DNA from: Flaccisagitta enflata | Lineage: Eukaryota | Direction of reading: 5' to 3' | Assembly (NCBI GenBank): GCA_965153355.1 | Contig: OZ231126.1 | Span: forward strand, 18,538,001-18,602,000 | Length of the DNA stretch: 64,000 bases | Shown: one piece after another, positions 54,638 to 64,000 of the stretch | How positions within the stretch are numbered: position 1 is the first letter of the stretch | Layout of the letters: each line of letters opens with the position of its first letter | Notes under the pieces: generated by a model | What the model saw: only the letters and a program-made list of their open reading frames with translations | The model's database searches: none | What the model was told of the DNA's origin: nothing | Made by a program: the position numbers and the translations under genes

Positions 54638-55143
54638 TCGGGTGTGTCAATATGCAAAAGGTTTTATGATGAGACCATCAACATCAGACAGCATTAAGTA
54701 GTAAATATTAAGACCTTTAGCGTTTTTATTTTGTCAAATTTCATTCATCTTCCGTTTTTTTCAATACCGCTTTTTAGCCGCTAATTTGTATATTGCTGTG
54801 TTAATGATTCTGTATCAGCATTATTGCTCAGGAATATGATCAAGTTTACACATATGAATATCTCAGTGCTAATTCTAGTTTTAACCGAGTAAATGTTGTT
54901 CATTTATCACAAAATCTATAAAAAGAGACAAAAACTAATCTTTTCACGTGTCTTATTTTCACCAAATCTGGGTGCAGATACTGGAAGTATATATATTTTT
55001 GTCAATCTTTTCTTGCGCTAAAAAAACGGAAGATGAATGAAATTTGAAAAAACAAAAATGCTAAATGTTTTAGAATTCTTTTGTTTACATTCCCTAATGT
55101 CGATGATCTGATCAAAAATATTTTTGCATATTGACACACCCGA
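54638..55143. mobile_element. Mutator-like MITE inserted in a HINE
   Basis: Perfect 9-bp TSD ACACCCCGC; TIR TCGGGTGTGTCAATATGCAAAA / TTTTGCATATTGACACACCCGA. Confidence 0.82.
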
Positions 55144-58100
55144 ACACCCCGCTTTGTCCGTCGGTCGGTGGGTCGGTCGGTCACACTTTACTTTTTTATC
55201 AATTTTATTTTTTTTAGGGCATTTTAGGTCATATAAGAGTATAATAAGTCATTCTAAGTCATTCTAAGTCATTCTAAGTTAGTCTAAATGTAAGTCTCGC
55301 ACGCGACTTATAGGTGTTGGCCTTGTTAAAAAATCATCAGAGCTCCGCGTGAGAAGTTTTAGAAGTAGGTTTGCATTGCTGCAGATTATCACAACGGCGA
55401 TTCGAAAAAATCAACTATGGAGAAAGGGCGATTCAATGCGATTCGATTTTTATGTTTAATAAGCTTTTTTTCTAACTTATCAATCTGACAGACTAGTGAA
55501 AGATCGACCGAGAGTGAAATATGAGAGAACACCAAATCGAACGAAAGTGAGTTTTGGTTTGATTCTTTTTTTTTTTTCTTTGACAATAACGTTAACTCTA
55601 GCTAAATTGCGTTGAACTTGAGGGCGAACCTTGGGTCGTGACTAGAGTGATTGGTGACAGCGCTAATCAAGAACGGGCGTTTTTTTTTTTTGTTTTTTTG
55701 TTTTTTTTTTGGAAAATCTCAATTTTGAGAAAAATGAAAATTAGAATTTTTTTTACTTATTGAATGGATTGTTAAAGCCGCTGCTGCGAAATTGGTGGCT
55801 GAGAAAATCAGATTTTTAGTTGCGGACACGCAACTCTATAAGAGGCTTTGTCCGTCGGTCGGTCGGTCGGTTGGTCCGTAGAGGTGATCGAGTCGAAAAG
55901 TGGTAAAACGCGCATATCCGCTCCTGCCCACCCGTCCGCAACTGGTGGCCGTGTATCCGGCCTTGTTACTCTTTCTCATAAGTATACATTGAGACCTATC
56001 AATCAAGAGGTAATTTCTCCAGGAATACCAATTAGCTGACAAAACTGAGGTCTGGACAAGTCAGTAAACTCTTCACGCAAAATGAGCTTAAAAATTTCCT
56101 AATTTTCATTTTTCTTGAAAAGCGCCATTGACAAGATTTCATGAGTATTAGTTTTAGTTAGGCGAACCTAAAAACTAAGTCTAACAGCAGAAAAAACCTT
56201 CAGTGCAGTGCTATGACATTTTTCATGTTGAGAGGACAGTGCCGGATGAACGGCACCCCTGTCGCGCACAATTGGGCAGGGCAGTGGCAGTAGTCGAAAG
56301 TCGCTCGCAATTCAACAATGCGATCGACCGAACGACCTAGAGACCAACGTATTGAGTGGCGTGGCCGCGACTAAAAAATAGTCTTGAATATCGGGCATCT
56401 CGGCGTCGGCTATCTTTATGATGATTGTTATCTAATTTCACCAAATGTTCCCATCTGTTCATCGCTATGCCCTTGAGCGATTCGAGTGGGTAAATTAATA
56501 ATACAAACCGGGATGAATGCTTTCTTCTCGGAGAATGCATACGCATACGGCTATGTCTATGATTGTCTATGTCCACGAATATCGATGAGCGAGCGTTTGA
56601 GACAGCGTCAACCTGAGATCTCAAAAGCTATGTACAAGGAGATGATTTGCATATTGCAGAAGCAAGGTTTCTTCTAGTATTTAAAATAATCTTATGTCCT
56701 CTCAGATTTATCAACACCCAACTTTATTGAGTCTTACTTCTCAAAATCACTGAAAAAATTCCATGATTGCTATGATCGATTTAATTGCGTCATTTAAAAG
56801 AGTGTATTTGAGGATTGTTCAAAGTCTCAACTTCAAAGTTAACATATAGACGGCAAAACAAGCTAAACCGTTGGCTTCGGCGGTCGGAGATTTTAAACAT
56901 TCCGGATTACCTTCTGGGGGCATTTTTGGATGGCGGGGGATCTGTCCCGCCCAGTTATTATCGGGAAAAAAGTCAGTGTTCGACTTTTTGACAGAGAAAC
57001 ACGTTTTTTTTAATAGAAATGACTCTTTAACAAAAATTGATAGGGTAAGATTTTCTTTCATTTGGCGTGGAATGTTCTAGGATGAATATTTTTAGAGCTA
57101 TGATTTTTAAAGATTTTTGCATGGAAAATTGAAAGTGATTCTTTTTTTTTCTCGATTTTTTATGATTTTGCATAGGATCAAAAAAGAAGTGTATTGATAT
57201 TTGTTTGAGCATACTAATACAAGAAAACGTGATTATGAGCATAACTGCTCATCTGCGAAGGTGTTTTTCAGCATTCTAGCTTAATTAGCTTAATTACGTC
57301 AGTCTTTCTTTCTGATTTCAAATGGGATAAAAGAAGCATGCAAATACAAGAAAGTATGTCAGTGAGCATCGCTGGTCGTCAGTTCAGTGATTTTGAGTAT
57401 TTTAGCTCATCTTGCTCATTTGGCTCAGTTCTATTTTTCTCTGACTTTTAGTGCAATCAATACATACAATTGCTCTTGATTTGATCTTACAAGTTAAAAA
57501 ATTGCAGTAACTGAAGACAGAAATTTGGTAAAAAGTGATCAATGCTTACGACTTTTTTCTTTTCGGCGACACGCGCCATTACTGTCAGGGGTTAGATGGA
57601 GATTGAAGGTGGGTGGCGCTGAACCAGTTCCAGAGGATGAAGGCACTTAAGACGGTGAGCATGTGAATGGGGGTGGAAGCGTAACCATGTTCCCTATTTT
57701 TTTTCCTCTTCTCTCACTCGCTTCCTTATTCTTCTTCTTCTTCTTCTTCTTCTTCTTCTTCTTCTTCTTCTTCTTCTTCTTCTTCTTCTTCTTCTTCTTC
57801 TTCTTCTTTTTAGTCAAGGACACGAAACTCTATGAGGTTTTTGGTCCCCTGGTCTGTTCGTTGGTCTGTCCGAGACATCAAGCATTTTGGTGCTGCTGTT
57901 GTGATTGGCTGTGTGTGCGCGGTGAAGGTGTTGATGGGGGTTGTACACCCCTGCCCACAACAATATTGTGACCCCGCGTTACTTGTTCTTCTTCATCCTC
58001 TACTTCTTCTTCTAAGATCTCCCGAGAGGTGCACGATCATTCCGAGCAGCGGCGCTACTCGCTACTACACAAGTACTACATAATAGTCGCAAAAACACTA

Positions 58101-59524
58101 TATAGTCAGCGGTACCCGTGCTTTGCCTAAGGAAGTTGTAATTGAAGTCTAGGAGCGGAGCAGGGCAGCTGCCCTGAAGGGGTCAATGACCTATACTTTT
58201 ACACATGAGGAAATCTCCTTGGGATTTGGACCTTTGTGAAATTTGACAAAATTTGGAAGAAATTGGCATAATTTGGATGGAGGGGACGAAGGAGGAGGAG
58301 AAGTAGAAATTTCCCTATGTGTAAAAGTATCAGTCGTCTGCCCCTTTGGGACCACTGCCCAAAGAGCGCGCCTGGCCCCGTATGTGGTGATGAGATGGTT
58401 AGAGGGGCAGCAGCTACAAAGGGACCAATGACCTATGCTTTGGCTCATAGAGAATCTTGGGGGTTGTCATAAAGGTTAGGATTTACGTCTTGAGGCAGGC
58501 ATTTGGGCCACGAGGCTTGTATTTGGGCTTTGAGGTTGGCATTTTGGCCTCGGGGCTGGGGTTAGGCCACGAGACTGGCATTTGGGCCTCGAGACAATCA
58601 TTTGGACCTTGAGGCTAGGATTTGGGTCTCGAGGCTAGAACTTGAACATTGAAGCTAGGATTTGTGCCTCCTGGCTGGGACTTAGGCCTCAAGGATGGGA
58701 TTTGGGTCTCGAGGCTGGGATATGGGCATCAAGCCCTAGATTTGATTCTTTGAGGGGGGAAGCAGGAGGAGGAGAAACTTCTCCATATGTGACAACATAG
58801 GTCATCGGCCACTGCCCAAAAAGTGGACGGGCAAACACACCGACGGACCGATAAAGCGGGGTGTAGCGTCGCGTAGCACGCGACCAGAAAATCCTTCATG
58901 AATCAAAACTTCGTTTATTTAGGTTTTCTTTTGCTTTCCACCCTCTTTTGTAGATTGCCCGTAGCGTCTTATCTATTCGGTATTTTTAGGTTTTGTTCTC
59001 TATACGAGGGTGTGTCCGTTTGAAAGTCTGTGGGTATGTCTGTCTGTTGGTAACGCGAAAATTTCTCGACACTATAACTATCTTGAATTTTTTTTCTTGT
59101 TTTATTCATCTCTCATATAATCTTTTGTCGAAAGAGGGCGTATCTATTGGACATCTTTTGGCCTTGTTTTCTTTTCCTTGACAAAACTTTGTCCCTTTTT
59201 AGTTGCGGACACGCAGCTCTTAAAGAGCATTTGTCCGTCCATCCGTCGGTCCGTTGGTCCGTTGGTCCGTCGGTGTGCACGAGTCGAAAAGTGTGAAACC
59301 GCGCATTTTCGCCCCTGCCCACCCGTCCGCTACTGGTATGGCCGTGTATTCGGCCTTGTTATATCACTTTTTGTCTGTCTCTCACTTTTTGTCTGTTTCT
59401 CACCGTCTCCTTTTATGTCTCTCGGTTGCATCTCTGTCACATGTGTGTGTGTGTGTGTGTGGGTCTGTCTGTCTCTCTCTCACTCACTCACTCACTCACT
59501 CACTCACTCACTCACTCACTCACT

Positions 59525-59556
<32 letters not shown>

Positions 59557-60458
59557 CAGCACTGACGCACGAAAAACTCGGTCAGTCAGTCACTTTTTTT
59601 TCTTATTGTTCTTGCATCGTTGCCCTTGCCGATGTAATCGCATTATTAGCCCATTTTTATCACTACCCATTGGTAAGTCGATTTGAGTATCTGGGTATTT
59701 TTTTATGAGATTTGTTAAGCGATCCATGTATCAATTGTATCATTAATATCCAAGTGTTTGAGGACGCACCTTTTGGTCGACTATCGGGCCCTTGTGCCAC
59801 AAGTTGTGGCCACCTCATCGGAGCCAACCGACGAACTGACACAACATACATAATATTTCAGTCTTTCATGACCAAAACCTCGAAATATGCATGAGTGGAT
59901 TGAAGAGATGTCTTTTTTTTTCTCTTCTCACCAAAGAAACGCAGAGCAGCGTTGGCAGCTTTAACATGATCACGAATTCTATTTTCGTATCATAACACCC
60001 AATGAGAGTAGAGTCAGTTCTCTGTATGGAAAGGTATTGGGTGGGGTATGAGGCTTGGCCCATTAATTCCCTGCAGAAGTCATTTGAGTTTTGACTGATT
60101 ATTGGCGTTCCTTCAAAAACAAACCGGTTAATTGAAACCAGGTCGACAATTGCACTCTTCATAAATTACATTATAATTCCTCTAACAAACTTAATTGGAT
60201 TGTTATCGACATTGCTTAAAGAAATACTCAGATTTATTTCAATTCGAGAACCTCGGAGAACACAAGTTGCCCCCCTCGGCAGGAAGTAGATTCATAATCC
60301 AATGAATCAGCTCCTTTATGAAATGGCTAGATCTATAAAAGTCAGTCAACTGAAAACTTAAAGACAAGAAAACAATATCCATTTCAACGAAACACCATAT
60401 AGTTTTTACTAACGACAAGGCAATCGTGCATACAATTTTGAAAAGAAGAGAACAAAAA

Positions 60459-60504
<46 letters not shown>

Positions 60505-60747
60505 ATAAAAATTCTCACAATCAACTATAACCATTAAATCAATTGAACACCCTCTGTACCCTGCAGCTTCTTTAAACAGACTATGTTCATATCTACGAAA
60601 ACTACTCATATGACTTTTCTCAGATTTAGAGGTTCCAGTTTTGATATTTTGATCAAAACTTGATGGTGGTTGTGGTAAAAATGTCAAATTTAGCTTAGGT
60701 CATTGTGGCCGCCAAATTGGGTAACTTAGCCTTAGAAATCATCCCAA

Positions 60748-63075
60748 AATCTATGAGATTATAAAACCAGAGCCCATGAGCCAACTAGTGGTGCAATCCA
60801 CATGTTTTTATCTTGATTCGTTTAGATTTGAGAGCATTTCAAAGATTTAAGGGTATGAGGGTCAAATTGCAAATAATTTTTAAAGGCAACTTTGACTTTT
60901 TTCACAGATTTTTTCATATTTCAGTTTTGAATGGACTAATCTGTATGAAATTGGTGATCAAATTGAAGAGTTTTTGCTGCTCTAGCTGATGGTAAAAAAA
61001 TTTTTGATCGATTTTTCTTTTATTTTTTTTTATTGACTGCACCTGAGATTTGATGTTGTCTTGCATTTTTTATAGTAATATTTAAGGAGGTTTTTATTGT
61101 CACCAAAAATGTCCATGTCAAAATCAGTCAAAATCTTACTGTATTTTTGGCATATCACTTTCCTTGAGCCACGCCTTTTACTGGGCACAAAATTCTGCCC
61201 CGGTTTGTGAAAATGCGATATTTCAGCTCTTTCTGTGTCGACTTTCAGCACACTGAATGCAATCTTTCTATAAATTTTTGTGATTTTTCTAGTCCGCCTA
61301 ATCATGTGAGAGGTGTTATATTTGTTTGTTAACAACAATATCAGTGCTTCATTTTAAGAAGATCAATGTTTGTCGTTGTAAACTCTAATAGAGAAAGAAA
61401 ATCCGGAGTGTTCTAATTTATGTCTCCAGTCCAGTCTAATATCTATCCTCTGATATCAAAAACCTCTTACACTAAATGATAAATCTTTACAATTTGTAAC
61501 GGAGTGGAAGTATCTTGGAGTTACGGTATCTGCTGGAGCTAAACTTTCTTTTTCAGCGAAACCTGCCTTATCTGCATTTTTTATTGACTTACTAAAGCAG
61601 GTGTAAAAGTCAATTTCTTCAAAAAAATTGGGCAATTTTGGACAAAAAATTAGACCACTTCTATTTTTTAAAGATACTTGAAATCTATGAGCAAAATAAA
61701 GTACTGCTCAAGAGCTAACTAGTGGTGCAATCGGCATGTCAATATGTTTTTGAATTTAGATTTTACAGAACTTCAAAGATAAAAGGGTATGTCAAAATGA
61801 CCATTTATGGTGATTTTTGATTGCATTTCCTTTAAATTTTGAGAGCTAACCAGTGATGCAATCCGCATATTTCGATCTTAATTTGTTGAGATTTTAGAGC
61901 ATATCAAAGATGAAAGGGTATGAGGGTCATTTTGCGGTTGTGATTTTAATGGCAATATGACTCTTTTTCACAAATTTTGATATAACTCGGCTTTAAATGA
62001 ACCAATCATTGTAAAATTGGTGACCAAAATAGAGATTTTTTGATGCTCCAGCCCATCCTGAAAGAATTTTTGATCAATATGGCCCACAAAAAATTCTATC
62101 GACTCTCAAAGCAGGTGCTAAAAGCCAGATATTATTGCTTATTAGGCGAAATTGGTAGTATGATTACGCAACTTCCAGTTGAAATAAAGCCGGATACACG
62201 GCTACCCTAGTTGCATGTGGGTGGGCAAGGGCTGCGTTTGTGGTCACTGGAGCGTTTGGGCAGTAGTAGTGATGTCCAAGAATAAAACATATAAAAAGAT
62301 TGGGTGGACGGACAGATGGACGGTAGCTTGTACCGAAATGACAATAAACAATAAAATCAGAATTCTACAAGTAGTTCTTGTTGTGGGGCTGTCTTGGGCT
62401 TCTAATGACATTAATTTCAGTTCGAAAATTTTGCATCTTGCTGGCCGCGCCTTACCTTGAAATTTCCTTTAGCCTATAGGAAACCAAAAAATACAAGTTA
62501 CTAAAATCCCATTTTTGACTGCGTATTTGAAATCTGCATGAAAAACTGATAATTGAAAAATTCCTTTCCTTTTTCAAATTCTTTCAGGATCATAGTCAAA
62601 AATTCATCTTGAAAGATATGACAAAAGAGTAAATTCAACGATTTACAAAAAGAAATAAAAGAAAGGTAAGTTTTTGCAAACTTATTATTATTCTGGCACC
62701 TTTAGTTAGAATATTGAAAAAGGCACTAAGTTAACAGTTTACTATACAGGCTAAAATCTACTGTCCAAAACACATATTCAAAGCACTTTGAAATTTTTGG
62801 TTCCCTATAGAGGTAGGTTTTACCAAGGTGGGGGCAGGAAAGCAAGTAGGATTTGATAGCAAAGCTGATCTTAACAGAATCTCCAGACAACCACAACGCA
62901 AAGTGCATATTGGAATGCCGTTATCACTTGTCATTTTAAGTACAAGCTAATGGACGGTCAAATCAGAGTGTAGAGACGCATATCACGTGACTAAAAACGA
63001 CTTAAAATCTATGAGAAAATTTAACTACTGCCCATGTGGTAACCAGTGGTGCAATCAGCACATCTAGATTTTGAT
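60748..63075 (+). repeat. Dispersed, diverged copies of a repeat module (AAATCTATGAG...AACTAGTGGTGCAATC...AAGGGTATGAGGGTCA)
   Basis: Module recurs near 60748, 61681, 61845 and 63006; probably degraded DNA-transposon sub-repeats. Confidence 0.5.
61463..61582 (+). mobile_element. Short non-LTR retrotransposon (LINE) reverse-transcriptase relic
   Basis: Translates to PLTLNDKSLQFVTEWKYLGVTVSAGAKLSFSAKPALSAFF, containing the KYLGV motif found at the C-terminal end of LINE RT domains. Confidence 0.6.
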
Positions 63076-64000
63076 GCGTCACAAGCAGCTACCCTAGGGA
63101 TCATTCAGGCATCATTGAAAATGATAGTGATAAAATGACCAACTAACCAGAAACGTAGTAGGTTGAAGTTCTTTCCCACAGCGTCACCATACATAGACAA
63201 AGACAGCTTTGAGTGCCCTGAGCCGCGACTGATGCAGAAGTGTCATATACCACTTGGGGAACACCAATCACCCACTGGGAATTTTTTTCGAAGGCAAAAA
63301 AGTGATTTTTCCTTGTTAATACGCAACTCCTCTTTTGATAAGATGTTGGTTTAATTCAATTGCCTTTTTTCAGAATGAAACTTAATTTGTTCAGCAACCC
63401 CTTGACCGATTAAGTTGAAATTTTACATGAATCAACGTCTTAAAAAATGTTGTCAAACAAGTCCAATCCCAGCATTGTGGCTTTACTAGAGGATGATTTA
63501 TGATTTTCTAAAGATTTAAAAAATGTAACGATTTAAGCTAGAAGCTTTTGTATTCATTCTTCTCATCAAAGTGATATTAATAGAAAATTTGCTTTAGATA
63601 ACATGAATTGAATATGAATATGAAATACAAGGTTGTAAACACAGCTACCAAATTCATGTGGGTGGGCAGGGGCAGTGATAAGAAAGGCTAACCCAAGCAT
63701 TTGGGCCGGAGCAATAACACAATAACTATGTAGCCAAGAATAGCTAACACAGACTTGAATAGCAGGGCCAGCCTGACATCTCACGCAGCCAGCAGGCTGG
63801 ATGCCACGGCTGATCGGCTGCCTGGTGTGCCCGGGTGGGCAGGTGCAGTGCTGGAGAAGGTCACTAGAGCATCTGGGCAGGAGCTGTATGCTCAAAAAAC
63901 TCAAAAACAATGAAAAAGTAAAAAGGGGACCGACCGACCAACCAACCAATGGACCGACATAGCGGGGTGTAAAGTTGTGTAGCACACGACTGAAAATTGT

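Noticed and set aside
59663-60240. Short ORFs in a non-repetitive island
   Set aside because: No recognisable domain and no consistent splice phases.

Overview
Repeat-rich, intron-containing animal (invertebrate-like) genomic DNA read with the standard code; nearly all long entries in the ORF track are microsatellite artefacts. By manual splicing I reconstruct five protein-coding genes: (1) an RRM-containing NCOA5 homologue on the minus strand (ATG 5648, running off the left edge); (2,3) two tandem, divergent tropomyosin paralogues on the plus strand (10307..14616 and 29181..37940), each 296 aa = a canonical-length 284-aa tropomyosin plus an identical 12-aa N-terminal extension, differing by reciprocal intron presence/absence, with an orphan third copy of the last exon inside paralogue 2; (4) a TACC-domain gene on the minus strand (38563..45130, about 893 aa); and (5) a small three-exon gene missed by the ORF track, nested antisense in the first coding intron of tropomyosin paralogue 2 (29701..32233), encoding a 130-aa prepropeptide: signal peptide, acidic pro-piece, KR cleavage site, and a Lys/Leu-rich amphipathic peptide with an anionic tail and a C-terminal Gly. 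This candidate antimicrobial/cytolytic peptide precursor is the most interesting item. The rest is densely filled with Helentron-associated (HINE/DINE-1-like) elements, TA-flanked fold-back MITEs, hAT- and Mutator-like MITEs with clear target-site duplications, a 320-bp tandem repeat, a small LINE RT relic and microsatellites. 46-64 kb contains no gene I can support.
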